Of a stretch of DNA of 64,000 bases, positions 13,650 to 25,500 are shown one piece after another (the stretch's first letter is position 1; the number at the start of each line of letters is the position of its first letter). This DNA comes from the human T2T-CHM13v2.0 reference genome, Homo sapiens. The stretch lies in NCBI RefSeq assembly GCF_009914755.1, contig NC_060931.1; one strand, given 5' to 3'. The notes under the pieces are model-generated. The model was not told where the DNA came from. It saw nothing but the letters and a program-made list of their open reading frames with translations, and searched no databases. Position numbers and translations under genes: made by a program.

Positions 13650-16200
13650 TAACATTTTTAAGGTAGTAGTAAAGGGTGAGAGGAAACAAACCTAGCAGTT
13701 TGCAGACATTGGAAAGTGAGTCAGTGATGGGGGATGCCCAGCAGCAAGCTAGCCCATTTTCACAACCCAGAGTTCAGGACTGTGGAGGAAACAAGGACTT
13801 GAAAGACTAGAGCTAGAGACGGGGCTGAAATGATTTTCTGAATCATGTATAATAGATGTTTAAACTCCTGGAACCCTACTCATACCCTGAGGATCCCAGC
13901 AACTGCCTCTCGCTAACCTTGGCAGAACACTGGACTTTTGCTGTAAAGGCTAAATCAGAGGAATTCGGGAATAGAGTCCCCAGGCACAGCTGATGGGAGA
14001 GGTACTGCTCTGGAACAACAGAGAACCAAGTGGAAATCTACAGGGACCAATGTGATGGTCCCAGACTATGAAAAATATTAGAATCCAGATTTATAAGGAA
14101 GAGGACTGGAGAAGATTGGAGAAGTCCTCTTCTGAAAAATTGGTCAACCAATGAGAAAATCCTGTAGATGCTGGCTAGGAAGGTGATTCCTAAAGCGGTC
14201 ACATCAGGCCTTTCTTTGGTGAATAAAGAGGGCTATACCCTCACAGAGGGGGGCTTTGAATGAAGTTTTTACCCTCTCCCATAAATATAAGCAGGCAGCC
14301 AGAGATGTCAAGATATTTTTAGTAAACCTCTAATTTGAAAGACAGACAAATTTAAAAAACAGATAAATAGCAAATATAACAAAACAAATGAACCTAATTT
14401 GGAGTATACAGAAAACATGCAGGAAATGGAAAACTTAAACAAGTATTTAAAATCCTCAGACAGATAAGAGAGCACATGCCATCTATGACACATGAACAGG
14501 AGGTTATTAAAAAAACAGAGAACCCAAACAAAACTTCCAGAAATTAAAATGTATCACAATGAAAAATTAAATATAAGAATTAGACAATAGAATTGAAGAT
14601 AGACTTTTGTCCCCAAAAGTAGAACTAAAGGACAGAGATATCACACAGGAAAGAAAAAATAAAAACAATAAGAGTGTCAGTCCTGGAGATCCAACATCCA
14701 AATAATAAGGTTCCAAAAAGGAAGGGCAGAGAAAATAGAAAGCTACTCATTTTAAAGATGACTCAATAAATTTCCCAAGCTGAAATACATGAGTATCTAG
14801 GTTGAATACTCTGCTTGAATGTCCAGCAAAGTGGATAAAAATAGATCTTTACTAAGTAGCAAATGGTGAAATTTCAGAATAATGGGGACAAAATGATTGT
14901 AAAAACCTCCAGACACACACACATTAATGTTCTCACTAACAGACATGCAGGTTACTTTCACAGAGTCAAAGTGGAAATGAGACCATACTCCTCCAGAATG
15001 GCCTGGGAAGCTAGCAGAAATATGGACTAGGAACAATGAGAAATGTCATCAATGTTCTCAGGGAAAGTGACTTAAAAATTAGAGTTTCATACCCCATCTG
15101 ATGTTCAACCAAGTGTGGGAGTAGATTAAGGATATTTCCAGGTCTATAAATCTCAACATTTTAGCTTTCCTCTCTTCTCAAGAAGCTCCTAGCCAACGTG
15201 TTCCACCCCATTATTAGGGGTGTGAGCAGTAGTGAGGAAGGCATAGGCTGTGGAGAAATAGATGAGGGTGTATTCATCTGCCAGGGCTGCTGTAACAAAG
15301 TACCTTAGACTGGGTGGCTGACACAACAACAATTTACCTTTTCACCATTCTCCAGGTTGGAAATTTCAGATTGAAATCAAGGAGGGTGAGCTCATGGTGA
15401 GGGCTCTCCCTCTGGCTTGTGGTCACTGGTGTCCTCTTCTATGGACACTGCACCTATAGGGTCAAATTTCACCCTTATGACCTCATCAAACATTAACTGT
15501 TTCCTTACTTCAAATACAGCCACACTGATGGGTCAGGGTTCAATATACATATTTTAGGGAGGACGCAAACATTCACTTCATAGCAGGCACCCCACGGAAA
15601 GGAAATCCTCAGCACGGTGGTGAAGGAAGCCCTAGGACGGTAGCTTTGTCACATCCAGGAGGATTTGATGTGCTTGGGTGTATTGAGAGGGGACTTATCC
15701 TCATGTGTGAGATTTTGGGGATGCCTTAAAGGTAGACAAAAATTAAAAAACTTCTTTCTTCCCTGAGAGAGAAGGCGAGAAAGAAGGGGGAAGTTTGGGA
15801 GAGGGGATTACTTACTCTAGGGAAAATGCAATGTTGACCCCGGAAAATAAATGTAATAATACTTCGTGGCTCAGCTGTGACTAATGATGTACTCATAGGG
15901 AAGTGAACAACAAATACAGAGCTAACTACAGCTTCTGATATAACTGTACTAGGGGACTAGGGGAAGGTACGCTATGTTAGGGTTTCTGGGGTGGAATGTT
16001 AGAGATTTAAATCCTCATCTGCTTAGTGGAATCCAGTAACAATATTTGAGACAGAAACCAAAAAATAGCAGTATATGCACTGAAAGAAACCCCAGAAATT
16101 TGGTTGCAAACAATACCAGAAAATATAAATATTAGCATAATCTGTTAAAGGAATTGAAGTGTTTACCTTTGGTCTTCAGTGATAATGGACAGGAACCTGT
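13650..16200 (+). mobile_element. HAL1-like (half-L1) element: decayed ORF1 followed directly by a 3'UTR
   Basis: ORF1-like remnants at 14400-15230 (GATCCAACATCCAAATAATAAGGTTCCA; TTAGAGTTTCATACCCC). HAL1-type 3' segment GAGATTTAAATCCTCATCT...AAATAGCAGTATA near 16000. No ORF2 in between. Confidence 0.6.
15269..15585 (-). mobile_element. MaLR solo LTR (MLT1A/B-like)
   Basis: TGTATT...GGGCTGCTGTAACAAAGTACC...AAACATTCACTTCATAGCA. Confidence 0.85.
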
Positions 16201-16202
16201 TT

Positions 16203-16288
16203 GACATATGCACGTGCACACACATATTCATGTATGTACATGCACATATATGGATGTACTCATATACACATACACATTTATATGTACA
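16203..16288. repeat. Degenerate alternating purine-pyrimidine (CA/TA/TG) repeat
   Basis: Read directly from the sequence. Confidence 0.75.
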
Positions 16289-17134
16289 CCTTTGCTAAAA
16301 ATAAATGAATGAACAAACAGAATAAGTAGCCTGAGATTATCTGGCTGCTAAAGGATAAGGCAGCACTCCCCCTAAATTTGGCTTTTCTCCTGTCCCTATT
16401 GTCTTTGCTCTTAACCACTTTTCTACATTGTCTTCCAAGTTACCACCTCCTCCTTGGTAATGGTGGTGGTGGCGGCTAGCATTGAGGTTCACACTAACCC
16501 ACCCTTCAACCTCTAATCATCTCTCTCAAAGCAGTACCCATCATTTCACATTGACTGGGACAGAAATTCTTGCAGACAGAGGAATCCCTTTAGGGAAACC
16601 TGTGGTTGAGGTTTGTAGTTGACTCTCCCTATAGTCCAGATTCCCACATACAACATGAGCAATATCTAGAAGACATCACATTTCCCACCAGGCTCATAGC
16701 ATGCTTCATATTAAGTGCATCCTTACTTTTTGTTTCTTTAGTTTGGGCCCCAGAGACTGCGCAGCCACTCATTCATGGTTAGCATTGGTACCAGCAGATT
16801 ATAAATGTACAGCTCTGACTAGTTTTTCTGAAACAAATCTGGGGTTAATGTGTGACTGTGCTTTGCCTTCCTTTTTCATTTAATTCCCTCCGGCATAGAA
16901 TGAGTCATCTCAAAAAAGGAGTTTGATAAAGTACCTGTAATTAAAAATTACCTTGCGGGTTCCTGCCCTTTCTCTGTGTTTGGTTAATAGAAGGTTTCTG
17001 TCAAGCTCACATGAAGGTTCAGTCATCAGTATTTCAAACCTGCTCGTATATCTGTGTACTCGGCGGAATTGTGAATTCCTTAGAGACCTTCACTATTTTC
17101 AATTTGTCATTCTCATTATTATTTCATGAGCAAG

Positions 17135-17385
17135 GTGAAAAGGAGAGGATGCACAACAGAGGAGGTTAAAAGGAGGGTGAGGGAAGGCAGTGTACTAGGC
17201 AGAGGAGAGAGGAGAAGGGAGAGGGGAGGTGGATGATGGGCGCATAAGAAATGTTAGGGAGAAAGTGGAGGAGAAGAGAATTCCTAGGAAGAGCTAAGGG
17301 AAGGATCAGAAGTGTGCAAGGAAAAACAATAAACCAAGAGAGAAGAGAAATTACGTAAACCTAGGGAGGTGCAGATAAATGAAGA
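17135..17385. repeat. GA-rich low-complexity tract
   Basis: Purine-rich run on the plus strand. Confidence 0.65.
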
Positions 17386-18614
17386 GCATTGTAGCTTTTA
17401 GGTCCCTGAGATACCACTGTCTCCACTATAGGATCTATAATTACTGAGGTCTGTGGCCAAAAAAGAAAGTTGGTTTCATGTGATTCTTATGATTTGAGCA
17501 CTATATTTAACTCCGTGTTGCAATCCTTTCTCTGCCTCCTGATTTCCATGGTAGAATGGTTAAATCATCATTCTTGCTCTCACTCTCCTATTCACTTGTT
17601 ATTTGCTTAGCAGCTTCCTATGTGGCAGGTTCTTTTCTCAGCTCCAGATGGTGACCTTTACTGGGCTAAGTCACCAAAAGGTCAGAAACATGGAGAGGTA
17701 ATTACTGGAACAAAATTGTATTCAGTTTGAAAATTCAGCCACACCGCAGGTGTACATAATGCTTAAAACACACTTAGGGACAATGGACAAGAATATTTTT
17801 ATTGGGCTAATAATAAAGTCACTCTGGGAAGGGAATCCCTGGGAAGTCCTATAGACAATCTCCACAATATTGTAAAAGCAGTTTTGTTCTTGCTGCTTTC
17901 ATTTATGTAGTTAGAGTGTAAACACTCTAGAATTTCGATCTCTATTTCTATCATTGTTTTATTTTAAAAATTCTATTATGAAGAAATTCAAACATATGGG
18001 AAAGTTAGAAGTACACATTTTTATGTCCAGCACCTGTTTTCCTCAATTAACATTTCACTCCACTACCTTTAATATCCCTCCACCCTCTATCCATTTGTCA
18101 GTCTCTCTCTTTCTCTTTTTTTTTTCCACTTCACATAGAATTCTGGCTGGCATGCATTTTTTTTTTCTTCCTTAGTTTACTAAGAACTCATTTACTTTCA
18201 TTAGTGATTACAGTACATTTCTCTCCTTCTGTAGTGTAGATTCTCCTTTTAATCAATATTCCCAATCTGTCATTTTTTACTTGTTCTTATATCTTCCTAA
18301 TCTCTACCCTTTTTAAAAACAAAGTAGACATTTGTGCTTGATTTTGTCCTTCCTTTTTGTTTTGTTTTGAGTGTTTGTTAGTTTTTCCTTGACCATGTAA
18401 TACTAGCAGAAGAAGTGAGAGACCCTCACTGTTGTGTTCTTTAGAAAAAGAGTATTTTTCTAAATACTTACAGGATCAGATTTGCTTTGGGTTTTATTCC
18501 AAATTCAGTCTAAGGCCTCATGATATCCCCCTTTGGTTGCTAATATCAGCTCTTTAAAAGAGTTGTTGCACTGTCTTTTGACTTTCATGATTTCTCTGAG
18601 GAGAAGTCAGCAGT

Positions 18615-19035
18615 TGTATTAGTCCGTTCTCACATTGCTATAAAGAAATACCTGAGGCTGGGCAATTTGTAAACAAAAGAGGTTTAATGGGCTCATGATT
18701 CACAGGCTGTGCAGGAAGCATGATGCTGGCATCTGCTTGGCTTCTGGGGAGGCCTCAGGAAACTTTCAATCATGGCAGAAGGCAAAGCAGGAACAGGCAT
18801 CTTCACATGGCTGGAACAGGAGGGAGAGAGAGAGTGGGGAGGCGCTACACAATTTTCAACAACCGGATATCATACCCAGTCACTATCAAGAGAATTGCAC
18901 CGAGGGGATGGTGCTAACCCATTCATGAGAATTCCACCACCATGATCCCATCACCTCCCACCAGGCCCTACATTTAACACTGGGGATTACAATTCAACAT
19001 GAGATTTGTTGGGAACACAGATCCAAACCATATCA
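18615..19035 (-). mobile_element. MSTA-like MaLR solo LTR
   Basis: TGTATTAGTCCGTTCTCACATTGCTATAAAGAAATACC...CAAACCATATCA, with TSD GCAGT/GCATT. Confidence 0.92.
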
Positions 19036-19859
19036 GCATTCGTTCAAATAGTTGTTAGATATAAAGTTTTCCCTCTCTGGATTTTTCTTTTCCAAGATTT
19101 CCACTCTCATTTTTTCTATTAGCTATAGTTGCCTGAAACCATACCCTGTGGTTCTTTTAGCTAGCAAGACTGTAGCTTTTCCTTCCTTTGGAGAGTTAGC
19201 CACATTTCATGGCACAGTCTTGAGCCTACCTGAGGCTAAAAACTCTAAAAACAAAAGCAATGACCCTTTTCCATTTTTTTTCAAGTGTCTACTCTAGATT
19301 CCGCCTGCTTTTATTTAATATCTAGTCCCTCTAGTTAGTTGTTTTTAAATATTTTTTCAAAGATTATATGGCTGTTATCATCAGAACATTTTTCTCCAGT
19401 AGGAGCTAATTGGCCATAGCAGAGGCAAACTTTCTGATGCGCATATATATTGCATTGCTTCATATATATGTATCCATGAACAATACGCATTATAGTTTTA
19501 CATATTTTCTAGGATGAATAATACGCATATTGTACATATGCTTCTGCAACTTGTTCTTTTTTGCTCATTATGTTTTTGTGATTTATGCATGTTGGTAACC
19601 ATAGCCCTATTTTATTCAATGTAATTTCTGTATAGTATTTTATTGTATGAATGGACAAAAATGAATTTATCCAGTCCATTATTGAGAGATATTTGGATTA
19701 TTTCTATTTTTTAAAGGCTACATATCATTCTTTATATTGCCTTATGCATATCAGTGAAAGGTATTTTAGCATCAGAAGCATCAGAAGTGGTATGATAAAG
19801 TAGAAGTCCTATGCATATTCAACTTTGTTAGATCACTCAAAATTGGCTCAAAATAATCA

Positions 19860-20043
19860 CAGCCTCTCCAGTAGCTGGCATTACAGGCCCGCGCCACCAC
19901 TCCTGGCTAATTTTTGTATTTTTAGTAGAGACGGGGTTTCATCATGTTGGCCAGGCTGGTCTCAAACTCCTGACCTCAGGGGATCTGCCCGCCTCAGCCT
20001 CCCAAAATACTGGGTTTACAGGCATGAGTCACTGTGCCTGGCT
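19860..20043 (-). mobile_element. Partial Alu lacking its 3' part and tail
   Basis: Left monomer, linker and start of the right monomer only. Confidence 0.9.
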
Positions 20044-20428
20044 GAAATAGTACCTTATTCTTTCAATTTACATTGCCTGAATTTGAGTGTCTTTTCATAT
20101 TTATTTACTATTTGGCACTCTTCTTTTGTTATTATATATTAATATCATTTGTTTGATTTTTTATTCAGTTTTTCTTCTTGATATAATTTTATATAGTGAT
20201 TTATCTATCCATCATACTAGTTATTCCACTTATATATATATCTAAACATTTTTTAAACCTGTTTGTGGCTTTTAAAAACTGCTCATATTTGTCTTTTGCT
20301 AAACAGAAGTTTTAAAATTTAAAATAGTCACATTTACCATTTTAAAAAAATGGTTTGTGTTTTCTGTGTCTTGTTTAAGAAATCTTTATGTACTTGAAGT
20401 CTTAAAGATATTTTTCATTTTTTTCTCC

Positions 20429-20787
20429 TTACAGTTTGAATATTTGAATGTTTTCAAAATTCATGATGAAACTTAATCCCCAATGCAACAGTATTAAACG
20501 GTGGGGCTTTTAGGAAGTGATTAGGGCTCCCCAATCTTGAATGGGATTAGTGCCTTATAAAAAGGCTGGAGAGAACCAGACAGGCGTTTGGTCCTTCTGC
20601 TTTCTGCCATGGGCGGATGCAGCAACAAGGCGTCATCTTTGAAGCAGGAAGCACTCATTAGACACCAAATCTGTTGGCTCCTTGATCTTGGACTTCACAG
20701 CCTCCAGAACTGTCAGAATGTAAAATTTTGTTTATAAATTATCTAGTCTAAGGTATTTTATTACAGCAACACAAACAGGCTAAGACA
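20429..20787 (+). mobile_element. MaLR solo LTR (MLT1A/MSTD-like)
   Basis: AAACTTAATCCCCAATGCAACAGTATT...GGACTTCACAGCCTCCAGAACTG...CTAAGACA. Confidence 0.88.
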
Positions 20788-22158
20788 ATATCGTCTAAGA
20801 AAAATACTACTTTCTTATTGTGCTTATTCGTCTAAATTGTCTCAGTAATCCTGGCTCTTTACTCCTTATAAATTTCAGCTGGTCAAATTCCAAAAATTAC
20901 TTCATTGGATTACGACCACAATTGCAATTAATTTATAGATAAATTGGGGAAATATTTTATTTCTTCATTATATTCAGTGTTTTCACTAATAATATCTATA
21001 TGAATATCTGTCTATATCTGTACCCACCTCTATTCTATGTGTGTCTATGTCTGTATCTATGTCTATCTCTATAATTATATTGATGGCTATAAAGATATAT
21101 CTACATTTGTACAGGTTTTTATTTTTTATTCAAAAATGATTTGCAATTTTAAAAATGAAATATCTGAACATCTTTAAAAACATTTATTCCAAATGATTTA
21201 TGCTTCCTGTTGCTATTGTGAAATTATTGGTATTTTACAATTTTGTTATGTTTAATTATTGTTTTCTGTACAGGGATACTGCTGCTATTTTTATGTAAAT
21301 CTTACATCCAAGGATATTTTATTTATTAAATAAATGTTGTTTTTAACTGACACATAGTAATTGTACAAATTTGTGGAGTACACAATGATGTTTTGATATA
21401 TGTATACATTGTGTAATGATGAAATTATTATATTTAGCATATTCATCACCTCAAACATTTATTATTTATTTGTGGCAAGAACATTCAGAATCCTCTCTTC
21501 TAGATATTTTGAAATATACACTGTAATATTGTTTACTATCGTTACCCTACAGTAATACAGAACATCAGAACTTATTCATCGCATGTTAACTGTAATTTTG
21601 TACTCATTGATCAATCTTTCTCCATCCTCTGCTTCCCCCTACACTCCCAGGTCTCTGGTAACCAGTATTCTACTCTGTACTTCTATGAGATTAGCTTTTA
21701 TAGATTCCACAAGTTGGGGAGATCATGTGGTTTTTGTTTTTCTGTGCCTGGCTTATTTCACTTAGCATAATGTTCTCCAGGTTCATTCATGTTGCCACAA
21801 GTAACAGAATTTTATTCTCTTTTATGGCTGAGTAGTATTCCTTTGTGTATACATAATGCATTTTCTTTATCCATTTGTCCAGTGATGAACAATTAGGTTG
21901 ACTCCAAATCTTGGCTATTGTTAATCGTGCTGTGGTAAATATGAGAGTGCAGACATCTTTTTTTACATACCGATTTCATTTTCTTTAGATAAATGATCAG
22001 CAGTGAAATTGCTGAATCATGTAGTAAATCTATTTTTAATATTTTGAGAAATGTTCAGACTGTTTTTTATGATGGCAGTACTAATTTACATTGCTCCAAC
22101 AGTGTGTAAGGTTATCAATTTTTCCACATCCGTACCAATGTTTATGTTTTGTCTTTTT

Positions 22159-22447
22159 ATTTTTATTTTATTTTATCTTTATTATTATTATTATTATTTT
22201 TTGAGATGGAGTCTTGCTCTGTTGCCCAAGCTGGAGAGCAGTGGCTCAGTCTCTGCTCACTGCAACTTCTGCCTTTCATGTTCAAGCAATTCTCCTGACT
22301 CAAGCCTCCTGAGTAACTGGGATTACAGGCATGTGCCACCACACCCAGCTAACTTTTGTATAAATGTGGAGATGGGATTTCACTATATTGGCCAGGTTGG
22401 TCTTGAACTCCTGACTTCAAGTGATCTGCCCACATTAGCCTCCCAAA
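22159..22447 (-). mobile_element. Alu, 5'-truncated, with (TTA)n tail
   Basis: Antisense Alu that stops at CCTCCCAAA. TSD-like TTTT(G/A)TCTTTTT on both sides. Confidence 0.93.
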
Positions 22448-22560
22448 TTTTTTTTTTATCTTTTTAGTAATAACCATTCTAATTGTGGTTTTGATTTTCA
22501 TTTCTCTAATGATTAGTGATGAATATTTTTTCATGTACCTGTTGGCTGTTTGTATATCTT

Positions 22561-25500
22561 CTTTTCTTAAATATTTAAAGTTAATTTAACTGATTTTATT
22601 TATAATTTAAAAAATGTTTAATTTCTGTGGGTACATAGTAGGTATATATATTTATAGGGTATATGGATATGACATATTTTGATACAGGCATAGAATGCAT
22701 AATTATAAAATGTATAATAATTACATTGATATAAAAATATCCCATATACCCTATAAATATATGTAATACATATAATAATAAATATAATACATAATACATA
22801 ATAAACATATATAATAATCAGGGTAAATGAGATATCCCATTTAGCTTAGCCTGGCTAAAGATTTGTCAATTTTATTTATCTTTTTAAAATCAAACTTTTT
22901 ATTTCATTGGTCTTTTATATTGATTTCTTTTTTCAATTTCATTTATTTCTGCTCTGATCTTTATTATTTATTGTTTTCTACTAATTTTGAATTTGGTTTT
23001 CTCTTGCTTGTTAAATTCTTTTAGATGCATCATTTTGTTGTTTATTTGAAGTTTTTCTTATTTTTTGATGTAGGCACTTATAGCTATAAACTTCCCTGTT
23101 AGTACTGCTTTTGCTGAATCCTATAGATTTTGGTATGTTATTACTGTTTGTTTCAAGAAAGTTTTCTATTTCCTTCTTAATCTCTTCATTGATCCACTAG
23201 TCATTCATGAACATATTATTTGATTTCTATCTGCTTGTGTAGTTTCCAAAATTCCTCTTGATACTGATTTCTAGTTTCATTTCATTGTGGTCATAGAAGT
23301 TACTTGATATTATTTTGATCTTTTTATGTTTTAAGACTTGCTTTTGAGCCTAACATATGGTCTATCTTTGAGAATGATCTGTATGCTAAGGAGAAGAATG
23401 TATAGTTTGCAGCTGTTGGATGAAATGTTCCGTAACTCTCTATTAGATCCATTTGGTCTACAGTAAAGCTTAAATCCAAAGTTTCTTTATTGATTTTCTG
23501 TCTGGAAGATCTGTCTAATGTAGAAAGTGGGATATTGAAGTTGTCAGCTATTATTGTATTAGGGTATATCTCTCTTTTCTAGTCTAATAATATTTGCTTC
23601 ATATATCTGAGTGCTCCAATGTTGGGTGCATATAGATTTAAACTGTTATATCCTCTTGCTGAATTGACCCTTGTATCATTATATAATGACTTTCTTTATC
23701 TCTTTTCATAGTTTTTGTCTTAAAATCTATTTTTTTTATGTAAGTATAGTTACTTCTACTCTTTTTTGGTTTCTGTTTGAATGGAATATCTTTTGCCATT
23801 CCTTTATTTTCAGTCTACATGTGTCTTTATAGGTAAAGTGTGTTTTTTTGTATGCAACACATTATTGGGTCTTGGTTTTTAAATTTATTCAGCCAGTCTA
23901 TGTCTTTTGAATGGAGAGTTTAGTACACTTACATTCAATGTTATAACTGATAAGGACTTACTCCTGCCATTTTGAAATTTGTTTTCTGGTTGTTTTAAGA
24001 TCTTTTTTTCTTCTTTCCTTCCTTTCTGTCTTACTGAAGGTGATTTTCTCCAATGGTATAATTTAATTTCTCACTTTTTTGTGTGTATGTACCTATTGTA
24101 GGTTTTTTGATTTGAGATTACCATGTGTCTTGCAAATATTATCCCATAACCCATTATTTTAAGCTGACAAGTTAACACTGTTTGCATAAACAAACTAAAA
24201 AACAACCAAAAAAAACCTAATGAAAACTCTACACCTCAACTTTATCCCACTGCTTTTTAACTTTTTATTGTTTCTCTTTATGTCTTATTGTACTATGTCT
24301 TTAAAAATTGTTGTCGTTACTACTTTTGAGTGGTTCATCTTTTAGTCTTCCTACATAAGATAATAGCAGTTTATACACCACACTTGCTGTGTTATGATAT
24401 TCTGTGTTGTTCTGTGTACTCGCTATTACCAGTGACTTTTATACTTTCAGATGATTTCTTACAGCTCATTAAGTTTCTTTTCTTTTTGATCGAAGTACTC
24501 CCTTTAACATTTCTTGTGGGTCAGGTTCAGTGTTGATGAAATTCTTCAGCTTTTGTTTGCCTATAAAGTCTTCATTTCTCCTTCATGTTTGAAGGATATT
24601 TCACCAGATATACTATTCTAGGGTACAAGGTTTTTCCTTCAGCACTTTAAATATGTTATGCCACTCTTCTTGTCTGTAAGGTTTCCACTGAAAAGTCTGC
24701 TTCTAAACATATTGTAGTCCATTGAATGTTATTTGTTTCTTCTCTCTTGCTGCTTTTAGAATCCTTTCTTTATCTTTGGCCTTTGGGAGTTTGATTATTA
24801 AATGCCTTGAGGTAGTCTTCTTTGGCTTAAATCTGCTTAGTGTTCTACAACCTTCTTGTACTTGGATTGATATCTTTCTTTAGGTTTGGAAAGTTCTTTG
24901 TTATTATCCCTTTGAAAAAACTTTCTACCCCTATCTCTCTCTCTACCTCCTCTTATAGGCCAAAACCTTTTAGATTTGCCCTTTTGAGGCTATTTTCTAG
25001 ACCTTGTAGGTGTCCTTCATTTTATTTTATTTTTTCTCTTGTCTCCTCTTGACTGTATTTTCTAATAGCCTGTCTTCAAACTCACTAATTCTTTCTTTTG
25101 CTTAATCAATTCTGCTTTTAAAAGACTCCGATTTTTAAAGACTCTGCTTTCAAAAGATTTTTCAGTATGCCAATTGCATTCTTTAACTGCAGAACTTCTG
25201 CTTGATTCTTTTTAATTGTTCCAATCTCTTTGTTAAATTTATCTGCTAGAATTCAGAGAACTCTTTGTGTTATCTTGAACTTGTTTGAGTTTCCTTAACA
25301 TAGCCATTTTGAATTCTCTGTCTGACAATCACATATGTATCTCTCTTTCTCCAGTATTGGTTCCTGGTGCCTTACTTAGTTCTTTTGGTAAGGTCATGTT
25401 TTCCTGGATGGTACTGATGCTTGTTGATATTTGTCAGTGTCTGGGCATTGACGAATTAGGTATTTATTGTAGTCGTCAGAGTCTGGGCTTATTTGCACCT

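Larger units (their letters stand above)
19430..21320 (-). mobile_element. Ancient L1 (L1ME-like) 3'UTR/ORF2 remnants, first part
   Basis: Degenerate antisense L1 motifs, e.g. GTATAGTATTTTATTGTATGAAT, GTTTAAGAAATCTTT and TTAATTTATAGATAAATTGGGGA. Confidence 0.6.
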
